Notes: a model not told the origin generated them from the sequence alone. DNA of 37,287 bases from Pseudobdellovibrionaceae bacterium (GCA_039810425.1 JBDHWW010000029.1:1-37287); one strand, 5' to 3'. Positions 18,287-26,935 are shown, counted from the first letter of the stretch. Translations and numbers: made by a program.

Positions 18287-19727
18287 ACCTCTCGGCAAAA
18301 TCAGCATTCGCCTGCGTTTGACGCTGATTTTCGTCATGATTTTCGGCACTACGACGATCCTGTTTAACACCTTCCTTTTCCTGTTCATGATTCAAACCTT
18401 GCAGCAGGATTTCGATGATGCGCTTTTCAACTATGCCGTCGACGTTTCCCAGTCGATCGAGATCGGCGTGAAGGGAGATTTGAACTTCCCTCCGCTGAAA
18501 CTCGATACCGGCAAAGTTCTTCCCTTTCCTCTCGGAACGGCGTTGATTCAAGTCGTGCATGCGTCCGGCACCGTCCTGGCCCGCGTGGGCGATTTCGGGG
18601 ATTTCAATCCGCCCTTTAAAAAGGATTTTGAGCGCCTGACAAAGGGCGAAGAGGCCACCTACCGCACGATCTCCAATATCAGCAAAATCCCCTCCGCCGA
18701 AGCCGACTCTTACCGCCTGATCAGCTTTCCGCTGGACAATTCAACCCATCCACAGGTGATTCTGCAAATCGCTGTGCCGATGACGTTGCTAGAAACCCAG
18801 ATCAGCAATCGCCTGACCTTGCTCCAGATCGGTATTCCACTCGTGCTTTTCATTGCGACCCTCGGCGGCCTCTTCTTCTCATCGCGGGCGCTGGCACCCG
18901 TCAAACACATGATTCAGGCCGCGCAGGGGATTGATGCGGGCGAGCTTAACCAGCGTGTGCCAGTGCCTGAAGCCAACGATGAGATTAAAAAATTGTCACT
19001 CACCTTGAATGAGATGCTCGCTCGTATCCATCAGGCATTCCAATCCCAAGAGCGTTTCGTCGCCGATGCCTCTCATCAATTGTTGACGCCGCTGGCGATC
19101 GTAAAAGGCGAACTCGAAGTGATGCAGAAACGTGAATACAACAAAGAAGAAGTTGACGCATTTTTGCGCAGCTCTTTGCAAGAAGTTGATAGCCTTGCGA
19201 AGATCGTTAAAGACATGTTGCTGTTGGCACGTGTTGATGCCGGCTTGGGTGGTCTTAACTTCCAAGAGCTTTTCATGGATGAGTTGGTGTTTGAAGCCAT
19301 CAGCCGTGTTGAGAAAATCGCCAACGCCAAAAGCATCCGCGTGAAAGTCGATTTGCTTGATGACAATGCTGTCGGCCGTCAATCAGTGCGGGGTGATTAT
19401 GATTTGTTATTAAACTTGCTTGTGAATATCATTGAAAACGCGATCAAGTACTCGCCCACCGGGGAGTTGGTTTCTATCACGCTGACATGGACGAAAGGGA
19501 TGACCGCCATCGTCGTGGCCGACCACGGTCCGGGGATCTCTAAAGACCAGCTCAATCTCATATTTGAACGCTTTAGCCGCGGGCCAAATGCTGAGCGCAA
19601 TACAAAAGGGTTTGGCTTAGGCCTAGCCATTGCCCAGAAAATAGCTATTCTTCACCATGCTAAGCTCTATGCAGAGAACAATGCAGACAATGGGGCGCAG
19701 CTTCATTTTGAGATTAAAAACATTTAA
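18258..19727 (+). CDS. Sensor histidine kinase (TM-periplasmic-TM-HAMP-HisKA-HATPase)
   Basis: Two TMs, HAMP DEI..L..TLN.ML, H box DASHQLLTPL, NIIENAIKYS, DHGPGI, IFERF, GFGLGLAI. Confidence 0.93.
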   Translation: MATFSKKILKPLGKISIRLRLTLIFVMIFGTTTILFNTFLFLFMIQTLQQDFDDALFNYAVDVSQSIEIGVKGDLNFPPLKLDTGKVLPFPLGTALIQVVHASGTVLARVGDFGDFNPPFKKDFERLTKGEEATYRTISNISKIPSAEADSYRLISFPLDNSTHPQVILQIAVPMTLLETQISNRLTLLQIGIPLVLFIATLGGLFFSSRALAPVKHMIQAAQGIDAGELNQRVPVPEANDEIKKLSLTLNEMLARIHQAFQSQERFVADASHQLLTPLAIVKGELEVMQKREYNKEEVDAFLRSSLQEVDSLAKIVKDMLLLARVDAGLGGLNFQELFMDELVFEAISRVEKIANAKSIRVKVDLLDDNAVGRQSVRGDYDLLLNLLVNIIENAIKYSPTGELVSITLTWTKGMTAIVVADHGPGISKDQLNLIFERFSRGPNAERNTKGFGLGLAIAQKIAILHHAKLYAENNADNGAQLHFEIKNI

Positions 19728-19764
19728 TGCGCCTTTAATGTTGGTTTTAACCTGGCTTGATAAT
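19714..19764 (+). promoter_or_regulatory. Phased TTAA direct repeats, candidate OmpR-family regulator box, upstream of a -10-like GATAAT
   Basis: TTAA at 19714, 19724, 19735, 19747 (10-12 bp period; TTTAATG repeated exactly 11 bp apart). Confidence 0.55.
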
Positions 19765-19853
19765 CTGATGACGTTTTAAAGGCGTCCTCCGGGCGCCGAA
19801 GTAAACAAAACGAGTCAGAGATGGCTCACACAAATAGACCAATTGGAGGCTCT

Positions 19854-20090
19854 ATGAAACTTGTATCTATCGTTATCGCTCTTGCATTTGCTGGTGTTGT
19901 TGCTCACGCTGAAGAACACGCGGCTCCAACTGCTGCTGCTCCGGCTGTAGCTCCTGCGACTGCTCCTGCTGCAGAAGCTAAAAAAGAAGAAGGCAAAAAA
20001 GCTGACAAACACGCTAAGAAAAAGCACAAAAAAGGTGCTGAAAAAGCTGAAGCTGCTCCTGCTACAGAAGCTGCTCCTGCAACTAAGTAA
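19854..20090 (+). CDS. Small secreted Ala/Pro/Lys/His-rich protein, Asr (acid shock protein)-like composition
   Basis: GGAGG RBS; signal peptide AHA; low-complexity AAPA repeats and KKADKHAKKKHKK; strong GCT/AAA codon bias. Confidence 0.8.
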   Translation: MKLVSIVIALAFAGVVAHAEEHAAPTAAAPAVAPATAPAAEAKKEEGKKADKHAKKKHKKGAEKAEAAPATEAAPATK

Positions 20091-20117
20091 TCTTAGTTAC
20101 AGCTTAGCTGTTTAAGT

Positions 20118-20147
20118 AAGGGAACTCGCAAGAGTTCCCTTTTTTTT
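20118..20147 (+). terminator. Rho-independent terminator
   Basis: AAGGGAACTC-GCAA-GAGTTCCCTT followed by a T run. Confidence 0.92.
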
Positions 20148-20217
20148 CACTCTTCCCTCATACGACCGCGACCAAACTGTCTTAGCCTGTTGTCACTCAG
20201 TGCACGCTGGAGGTTTT

Positions 20218-20649
20218 ATGGTCACCCGAATTTATTCCCTGATCTTTGCGGCTCTCTTAAATCTTGCTGGCGCACAAAGTGTTGCTGCCGGCGCCCCGGC
20301 CGCGCACGAACCTGAAAATGTTCCTCTGCAAATCCCGACTCCGCAAGCCGAAGCCCCCCAGACATCGCAGTCTTATTCTTACACCTTTGGTTCTTGGCCC
20401 GTAGGCTATACAACTTTCCAGGATTTTAGCTTTACGAGCTACGGTGGAATCACGCGCATCTACAGCATCTACACTTTTGGCACGTCATACAACTCCATCG
20501 ACAACTGCCCTTCGCGGCTCTATGACGGCGAACGTTGCATGATTCGCGTCTTCTTCCGTCCTTGGTTTGTCGGCTATCAAAATGGCCAAGCCACCATCTC
20601 TACAGATAGTGGTACGACGCAAATTTTTTTAAGCGGCTATGGTTACTAA
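20218..20649 (+). CDS. Secreted protein with a single Ig-like (choice-of-anchor D/ASH-like) domain
   Basis: GGAGG RBS; signal peptide; C..L..GERC.IRVFFRP...G...G...I......IFLSGYG pattern. Confidence 0.65.
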   Translation: MVTRIYSLIFAALLNLAGAQSVAAGAPAAHEPENVPLQIPTPQAEAPQTSQSYSYTFGSWPVGYTTFQDFSFTSYGGITRIYSIYTFGTSYNSIDNCPSRLYDGERCMIRVFFRPWFVGYQNGQATISTDSGTTQIFLSGYGY

Positions 20650-20661
20650 ACCTCTCTCTGG

Positions 20662-21960
20662 TCAATGCGGGATCAGCCAAAGACAGCCCACCGCCACGAG
20701 GGTCGGAAGAACCGCCGCGAGGAAAAGCTTCAGCGGGCTGACATTTCCACCCGGAAATTTATGATTCAGGATACTGAAGCCTGCCGGGTTCGGAGCATTG
20801 GCAATCACCGTCAGGCCGCCACCGGCAATGGCGCCGGCAACAAGGGCATAGCGCGAATCCAGTGTCAGGCTTGGAACTTGCGAACCTAAGTAGGTCAAAG
20901 CCGCATTGTCGGTGATCGCCGTCAACAAAGTTGCACCGCTAAACAACACCGCATCCGACATCGAAGACAAGAGCGGCTCTAACCACCATTTTTGGAATGA
21001 ACCAAAAACGATGATGCCGCCAAGAAAAAACGCCACCAGCAGGCTTTCGCGCAAGCGCAGGTTTTCTTGGTATTTTTTTGTCGCGGCAGTCAAACCCAAG
21101 AAAAACAGAAAGATCCCCATGAACACATTTTGATAGTGCGCGGTTAAAACCACCGCCACGAGGAAAACCAGATGCACCACTGTCACGCCGAAAGGAATCC
21201 GTGCCCCTTTGCGATCTTGACGCTGATCCGCTTCAAAGAGACTAAAGCAATATTTCTCAATATCTTTTCTGAAGAAGATCACCAAACCCAACGCATTCGT
21301 TGTCACAGTGACGATGCTCTTTAATCCAAAATGCTGAAACACGAAGGCCAAATCCCACTGCCAACGGCCGGCCACCATCAAAATCGGTGGCGCCGCAAAT
21401 GGTGTCAGCGCCCCCCCCACAGACACGTTCACAAACAGCACCGCCATGACAAAATAAGCCAGGCGCTCTGAAGGACTATGGAACATCGACACCAAAAGCA
21501 ATGCCGTGACGGTCATCGCCGCGGGTTCGGTGATAAAACTGCCGCTCAACGGCCCCAATGTCAGCACGACGAAAATATCCGTCAGTTTCTCCGGTGTTTT
21601 AAAAACCCTTCTTAAGCACGCGCTGACGAATTGAATGCCGTCACGGGCCAAACCCAAGACCGGGCGAGTCGCCGCAATCACCATAATCACAAAAACAAAT
21701 AGGGGCTCGGTGAAGTTGAGCCCCTCTTGAAACTCGATCGCCGCCTTGCCTCCGGAAAGAAAAAACATGCAGCCCAAGAAAACAGCGGCCCAAGCGCCAA
21801 AAACGATTTCGATCTCACTCAGCAAATGCAAAAGCCCATGCATGAAGGAGTCTTTAGAAAAACGATGTGAAAAATGCAGAATCTTTTGAACTAAAAACGT
21901 ATGAAGGATGGCAATAGCAAAAATCCCCGTCCCGAGGATTTCCAAAGTCGTCGGATTCAT
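20662..21960 (-). CDS. Putative Na+/H+ antiporter (DUF1504 family)
   Basis: A.LHTF, HLLSEIE.VFG.W, FTEPLFVFVIM, GSFITEPAAMT, NVSVGG.LTPFAAPP.LMVA, TDNAALTYL, GGGLTVIANAPNPAG; many TMs. Confidence 0.88.
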   Translation of the reverse strand: MNPTTLEILGTGIFAIAILHTFLVQKILHFSHRFSKDSFMHGLLHLLSEIEIVFGAWAAVFLGCMFFLSGGKAAIEFQEGLNFTEPLFVFVIMVIAATRPVLGLARDGIQFVSACLRRVFKTPEKLTDIFVVLTLGPLSGSFITEPAAMTVTALLLVSMFHSPSERLAYFVMAVLFVNVSVGGALTPFAAPPILMVAGRWQWDLAFVFQHFGLKSIVTVTTNALGLVIFFRKDIEKYCFSLFEADQRQDRKGARIPFGVTVVHLVFLVAVVLTAHYQNVFMGIFLFFLGLTAATKKYQENLRLRESLLVAFFLGGIIVFGSFQKWWLEPLLSSMSDAVLFSGATLLTAITDNAALTYLGSQVPSLTLDSRYALVAGAIAGGGLTVIANAPNPAGFSILNHKFPGGNVSPLKLFLAAVLPTLVAVGCLWLIPH

Positions 21961-21978
21961 CAATTCCCTCTGTGAGCT

Positions 21979-22812
21979 CTAGTTAATGTTTTTGCTCGCA
22001 CAAAGGCCCATGTTAGCAAGAACTTCCCGGCGTTGTTGACTCAATTCTTGCGTCGCTATGCTCAAAGTATCCGCGTCGCAGTGATTTTCTTGTTTGAGAC
22101 GGCTGATGGCTCGGGCTTCCGGTGGCGTCAGCGCCAAATTCCAAATTAATTTTATTTTCAGCCAACTTGCTAAATAGTCGCAGGCATATGCCCTGTTCGG
22201 GGGCATAAAACCTTCCGGCGTGCGATCGCCCTTTTTCATATTATCAGGGCCGTTCACCGCCAACAGATGATAGTCATTTGAAAGGAAGTTTGCGAATAGG
22301 CAGCGTTTTTTCCCATCCCATTGCCAAGCACCACTGATGTACGAGTTTTTCAGAGGAACCACGTGGTCAATCTGCAAATCCCCAGCATCGGCGTACTGAT
22401 TGCCCGAGTACGGATCGTTCCACTCACCGCTTTTGACGGTGCAACCCCGGGAACCGCTAAAGCGAACGGGGGTCGACGACGCCCGGATCAAAGCTTTGGC
22501 GCGCGTGTTATAGCAGGTGCCGTCGCGCGGATCTTTGACCCACGTGCCGTACTGATCCATACGGTTGTAAGGGATGGAAGGATCTTTCAAAGGTTCTTGG
22601 TGATGCTTCCAAGTCATCAGATCTATTGAAGCCGTGGCCTTTGCCGCCGCATCCACCACATCCGACAGGGTTGCAACCGGATCCATGAATTCTTTTTGCA
22701 AAGCCGCCGTCGTATCATCCTGAACCGTGTAGTAATCCGGCGACGCGGCCTTGGAAAAAGAAAGTGCTAGAACAATCTGAGCAAACACAAGCAGTGAAGT
22801 CTTTCGTGGCAC
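21979..22812 (-). CDS. Secreted HNH endonuclease (DUF1524-type)
   Basis: Signal peptide; C.NTR..L, G.W.DPY.G, LQIDHVVPL, FAN, LLAV...N..KGD. Confidence 0.85.
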   Translation of the reverse strand: MPRKTSLLVFAQIVLALSFSKAASPDYYTVQDDTTAALQKEFMDPVATLSDVVDAAAKATASIDLMTWKHHQEPLKDPSIPYNRMDQYGTWVKDPRDGTCYNTRAKALIRASSTPVRFSGSRGCTVKSGEWNDPYSGNQYADAGDLQIDHVVPLKNSYISGAWQWDGKKRCLFANFLSNDYHLLAVNGPDNMKKGDRTPEGFMPPNRAYACDYLASWLKIKLIWNLALTPPEARAISRLKQENHCDADTLSIATQELSQQRREVLANMGLCASKNIN

Positions 22813-22993
22813 GCGATTCCCCCAATTCCTTTTAGAAGTCGTGGCGCCTTGGACCTGCTACTATTAAAGGCGAGCCCACTTTGTTTCGGCAAGCATATAA
22901 TTGACAAGATTGTGTTTGGAATACTGGGGACAAAACCCATTATGTTACGTTGATTCTCTACACAGATATGAATTTTTTTGATAGCCTACCCGA

Positions 22994-23638
22994 ATGATGC
23001 AACAGACGTACCCCACGCGCCGGGTTCTTGCCGTGACCGTTGTCGGCTTGATTTTAGCTGCTATTGCGGCCCTGACGATGGATCAAAGCTTGTCTCTCTA
23101 TTTTAAGCAGCCGGAGCTAACTCCGGTGTGGCTCTTTGCACGGAACATTACAAACGCCGGGCTTAGCGAGCACTACTTTATTCTGGCGGCGGTTTTGTAT
23201 GTATTTGGAAAATGGGCGCGCCCGCAGTTTGTTCAAACCCGGATCTGGGCGCGGAATCTCTTTTTTGCCCTGCTGACGTCGGGTGTTTTCATTCATATCG
23301 TGAAGTTCTGCGTGGGTCGCCAGCGGCCACACAAATCCGAAGTCTTTGATCCTTTTGTCTTTCACCCGTTTACCACTCATTGGGACTTTCATTCGTTTGC
23401 CTCAGGACACACCCAAGTGATGTTCACCGTCGCGACGATGTTGGCGACGGCATTTCCGCGTGCCAAGTGGTTATTCTTTGCCATCGCTGCATTCTTCGGC
23501 TTCACGCGCGTGATTATTCATGATCATTTCCTGAGCGATGTACTCGGCGGCGCGGTGATCGGCTACGTCGGTACCACGACTGCTTTGTATTGGGCCGGCC
23601 GGTGGCGAGGGTCTGCTTCTTCCGCGAATCGACAATAA
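22994..23638 (+). CDS. PAP2 family membrane phosphatase
   Basis: K...GR.RP, SFASGH, TRV...HFLSDV.GG motifs with TMs. Confidence 0.9.
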   Translation: MMQQTYPTRRVLAVTVVGLILAAIAALTMDQSLSLYFKQPELTPVWLFARNITNAGLSEHYFILAAVLYVFGKWARPQFVQTRIWARNLFFALLTSGVFIHIVKFCVGRQRPHKSEVFDPFVFHPFTTHWDFHSFASGHTQVMFTVATMLATAFPRAKWLFFAIAAFFGFTRVIIHDHFLSDVLGGAVIGYVGTTTALYWAGRWRGSASSANRQ

Positions 23639-23696
23639 CACGTAGCAAAAGCTTTGAAATCTTGTTTGTCATCCAGATTCACATCATAATTCAAAG

Positions 23697-25745
23697 ATGT
23701 TTCATAATCTCCGCGAGCTCATGACCAAATGGTCTCAAGCTCCTCATTCAAGAAGGAACTTGGATACTCTCCTCAGTGCCCCCCCCGCGCCGGAGAGCAT
23801 ATTGCGTAAACGCCTTGAGTGGCTGACCGATTTGATTCAATGGATCCGGGCTCGTGGCCTGATTAAAACGGAACTCGATTTTCAAAGTGGCCAACCCCAG
23901 GCCTTGCGGGCAAAATATTTGATCTTGGTGCTTGAGCGCAATCCCGCTTGGAAGAAAAACGTCGCGCAATTATTACGATCCATCATTCGCGATACCAGCG
24001 CTCTGGACCTCTTTGTGAATACAGGCGTGCAAAACCAGCAAGGTTTTAGCGCCGAGCTGATGGACCGTCTTCATTACAAACTCCTGCCCAAGGCGCCGGA
24101 TTATAAAAATCTCGCTTCCTTCTTTAGTCAGACTTTTAAAAATGAAGAAGACTATGCCTGGCTTGGACAGCTTGATAAAAAAATCTTCGAAGACTTTCTC
24201 GCGATCTTTAGCTACGAGGACAGTTCGGAGGGCTCTTGGAACTCGCTCATTGGCGACGCGAAAGACGCGATTTTGCTTTTAGGCACCCAAGTGCGCGGCG
24301 CCGGCCTTTCAACGCCGATCCGCAGCCGCATTGAAGGCAAGCATTTCCGAGAACTCCCCTTCTTTGAATTGCCGCTTCTCGCAAATAAGATGGTCGACAC
24401 TCCAGACTCTGATCAGCGCATGGTTCTGGCGCTTCAACTTGAAAAGCTCGTTGACCGCTGTCAGCTTGCGATCACCGAAGTTTATAATCACTTAAGCGAA
24501 TACGGGGTCAGCATCGGCATTGTCTTCTTGCTCGACCGGATGGAAGCTCAGCTCCGCCGCATTCGTAATTTGATTGAGCTCGTTCTCCGCCATGATAAAA
24601 ATCCCGAGGCGGTTTCTCAGTTTGTTTCAACGCTGATCGTGGAAAATATCCGTTTTCATAAGGTGGGTGCGCTTTTTGCCGATAACATGGCTTTGATTTC
24701 CAAAAAGATCGTTGAGCGGAGCGCCGAGACCGGTGAGCACTACATTACCCGCAACCGCTCCGAGTATGTCTATATTTTACAGAAAGCAATCGGCGGCGGA
24801 TTCTTAACGGCAATCACGACCGTAATTAAATTCTTACTCTATCGCTTATCCGCCTCTGTTTTCTTTACGGGTCTTTTTGCGTCTATTAACTACGCGATCA
24901 GTTTCGTTGCGATCCAACTCATGGGCTTTACTCTGGCGACCAAGCAGCCGGCAATGACCGCTCCAGCGCTGGCCGCGAAAATGCATAAGGTGAATGATCC
25001 TGAATCCTTGGAAAAACTGGTTGATGAAATCATTAATTTGATGCGCTCCCAGTTCATTGCCGTTCTCGGGAATATCTATGCCGTGGTCCCTTCGATGATT
25101 GTGATTTCCATCGTGTGGCTCATGGCCTTCCACCAGCACCTGCAGAATCCGGACGCCGCTCACCACACCCTCCACTCGCTTTCGATTTTGGGCGGCATGG
25201 CTCCTTATGCGGCCTTTACCGGAGTTCTCTTGTGGGTGTCCAGTATCATTGCGGGTTGGATGGACAACTGGTTTGTTTATCATCGTTTGACTTCCGCGAT
25301 TTCGCAAAATCGCCGCATGATCTATGTGTTTGGCGAGTCTGGCGCAAAACGCATTGCTTTGTTCTTTAGAAAAAACATTTCCGGCTTTGCCGGGAATGTT
25401 TCTCTGGGCTTTTTTCTTGGCTTGATTCCAGCGCTAGGCACGTTCTCAGGTCTCCCGATAGATGTCCGCCATGTGACCCTTTCGTCCGGCTCACTCGCGT
25501 CCGCCGTCGTGACCTTAGGGGTTGCCACGCTCTCCACTTCCGATTTCTGGTTGGCCGTCATCGGCATCGTGGCGTGCGGCTTCTTGAACGTGGTTGTGGC
25601 CTTCAGCATGGCGATGTTTGTTGCCATCCGTGCACGCCGTATTCAAACGCCGCAACGGAATCAGATTTATCGCGCAGTGCTTGCGCGCCTTCGCAAAGAC
25701 CCGCTCAGTTTGTTTTATCCTAGAAAACAGACGACGGAAGGATAA
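23697..25745 (+). CDS. PF10136 / Gcr-like membrane protein (usually annotated site-specific recombinase)
   Basis: ERSAETGEHYITR, GGG.LTA, NYA.SFV.I, TLATKQPAMTA, RSQ..AV.GN, GNVSLGF.LG, DVRHVTLSSG; C-terminal half multi-TM. Confidence 0.85.
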   Translation: MFHNLRELMTKWSQAPHSRRNLDTLLSAPPAPESILRKRLEWLTDLIQWIRARGLIKTELDFQSGQPQALRAKYLILVLERNPAWKKNVAQLLRSIIRDTSALDLFVNTGVQNQQGFSAELMDRLHYKLLPKAPDYKNLASFFSQTFKNEEDYAWLGQLDKKIFEDFLAIFSYEDSSEGSWNSLIGDAKDAILLLGTQVRGAGLSTPIRSRIEGKHFRELPFFELPLLANKMVDTPDSDQRMVLALQLEKLVDRCQLAITEVYNHLSEYGVSIGIVFLLDRMEAQLRRIRNLIELVLRHDKNPEAVSQFVSTLIVENIRFHKVGALFADNMALISKKIVERSAETGEHYITRNRSEYVYILQKAIGGGFLTAITTVIKFLLYRLSASVFFTGLFASINYAISFVAIQLMGFTLATKQPAMTAPALAAKMHKVNDPESLEKLVDEIINLMRSQFIAVLGNIYAVVPSMIVISIVWLMAFHQHLQNPDAAHHTLHSLSILGGMAPYAAFTGVLLWVSSIIAGWMDNWFVYHRLTSAISQNRRMIYVFGESGAKRIALFFRKNISGFAGNVSLGFFLGLIPALGTFSGLPIDVRHVTLSSGSLASAVVTLGVATLSTSDFWLAVIGIVACGFLNVVVAFSMAMFVAIRARRIQTPQRNQIYRAVLARLRKDPLSLFYPRKQTTEG

Positions 25746-25827
25746 AATCACCACAACTCTTCCAAACCCTACGAAAAGTGTCGTCTAGTGTAAACCTGTT
25801 CAAAACACTTTAGTAAGGAGGATTCGT

Positions 25828-26235
25828 ATGAGCATGATGGATTCCATTCAAGAAAAAGCCGCCAGTGTTTTTGGCTCTTCAAACACCCAACTCACGCAAG
25901 CCGTCTCAAAAATCATTGATGAATGTGGCGGGATGGATGGGTTGATTAAAAAATTTCAGGATAAGGGACTCGGAGAGACCGTCCAATCTTGGATTGGCAA
26001 TACACCGAATAAATCAGTGACGGCGGACCAAATCACGAATGTGCTGGGCCCGGCGTTGTTACAAAAAGTCGCTAGTAGCGTGGGGATGGCACCGGAAACA
26101 CTCAGCCAACAGGTGGCGACTTACCTCCCACTCTTGGTGGATAAGCTATCACCTGATGGCACGGTCCCTCACGAAGGCTGGTGGGCAAAGAGCTTGGATA
26201 AAGCCAAAGAACTCTTTGGCATGAACAAGCACTAG
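25828..26235 (+). CDS. yidB: YidB (DUF937) family protein
   Basis: AAGGAG RBS; GG.DGLI.KF...GLG..VQSWIG..PN, LP.LVDKLSPDG. Confidence 0.88.
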   Translation: MSMMDSIQEKAASVFGSSNTQLTQAVSKIIDECGGMDGLIKKFQDKGLGETVQSWIGNTPNKSVTADQITNVLGPALLQKVASSVGMAPETLSQQVATYLPLLVDKLSPDGTVPHEGWWAKSLDKAKELFGMNKH

Positions 26236-26735
26236 TAGCCGTAGTACATACCTGGGACGCCTGCGCGGATGCCACCACCGATGTAGATACCACCGCTGAT
26301 ACCGACGCCTGCACCACCGTAGTAGCCCGTTGGATATCCGTAGTAACCACCACCGTAGTAGCCCGTCGGGTAGTTTCTGTACTGATAGTAGTAAGAGTTA
26401 TAAGAGCCGCCGTTATTGTAATAACCACCGTTATTATAGTAGCCACCGTTGCATCCGCCGTTGTAGCCCGTGTTGTAACCACCGTTGCATCCTGTGTTAT
26501 AGACGGTATTGTAAGCCGCTGGAATGCACTGATTATTGTACAGGCCGGTATTCGCCGGGCAGTTTGCTTGAGGTAAGCAGCCATATTGTTGGGTGTAGAC
26601 CTGACCCGCAACGCAGGTGTTTGCAGCAGGGACTGTTGCAACTGCCGGGTCGGAATTACCGCCGCCATTGTCTTTGGCACAAGCACCAAGGACAAGGAAC
26701 ACAGCAAAAACCACGGATTGAATCACGTTCTTCAT
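26232..26735 (-). CDS. Lipoprotein with Cys-rich segment and Gly/Tyr/Asn low-complexity tail
   Basis: GGAGG RBS before ATG 26735; lipobox LGAC; CVAGQVYTQQYGCLPQANC...QC; YNTG/CNGG/YYNNGG/GYYGG repeats. Confidence 0.8.
   Translation of the reverse strand: MKNVIQSVVFAVFLVLGACAKDNGGGNSDPAVATVPAANTCVAGQVYTQQYGCLPQANCPANTGLYNNQCIPAAYNTVYNTGCNGGYNTGYNGGCNGGYYNNGGYYNNGGSYNSYYYQYRNYPTGYYGGGYYGYPTGYYGGAGVGISGGIYIGGGIRAGVPGMYYGY
26310..26510 (-). repeat. Imperfect coding tandem repeats (GGYY/NGG/YPTGYYGG)
   Basis: CACCACCGTAGTAGCCCGT occurs twice; repeated CCACCGTT/GTTGCATCC units. Confidence 0.7.
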
Positions 26736-26775
26736 AGATGCCTCCACGTTCAAAATTTGGACTCGCCCCCAAGAG

Positions 26776-26792
26776 TGCATTTGGTGTGCCTA
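26776..26792 (-). promoter_or_regulatory. sigma54-type promoter for the Gly/Tyr lipoprotein
   Basis: Minus strand TAGGCACACCAAATGCA = GG-N10-GC, about 40 nt upstream of the ATG. Confidence 0.65.
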
Positions 26793-26935
26793 CGGCCACA
26801 ATCTGTAAAAAAGAACTGGGGAGAATTTGCCTGCCGAAGCCTTAAACAGGGTGCCGCAAATAGTTACCTAAACCAGGACGAAGTTTTCGCAGCCTCACGG
26901 TAGCCCCATAGGCACAAACCATGTTTTTTTAAAGC

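Noticed and set aside
21979..22812. HNH gene as part of a GmrSD restriction or mobile endonuclease system
   Set aside because: It has a signal peptide and no GmrS, methylase or intron context; a secreted DNase is more likely
23697..25745. Invertible-DNA or mobile element around the PF10136 gene
   Set aside because: No recombinase catalytic motifs, flanking repeats or composition shift
26102..26707. Thr-rich 201-aa ORF and CRISPR-like reading of the local repeats
   Set aside because: Shadow frame of the Gly/Tyr lipoprotein; repeats are in-frame coding units with no unique spacers and no cas genes
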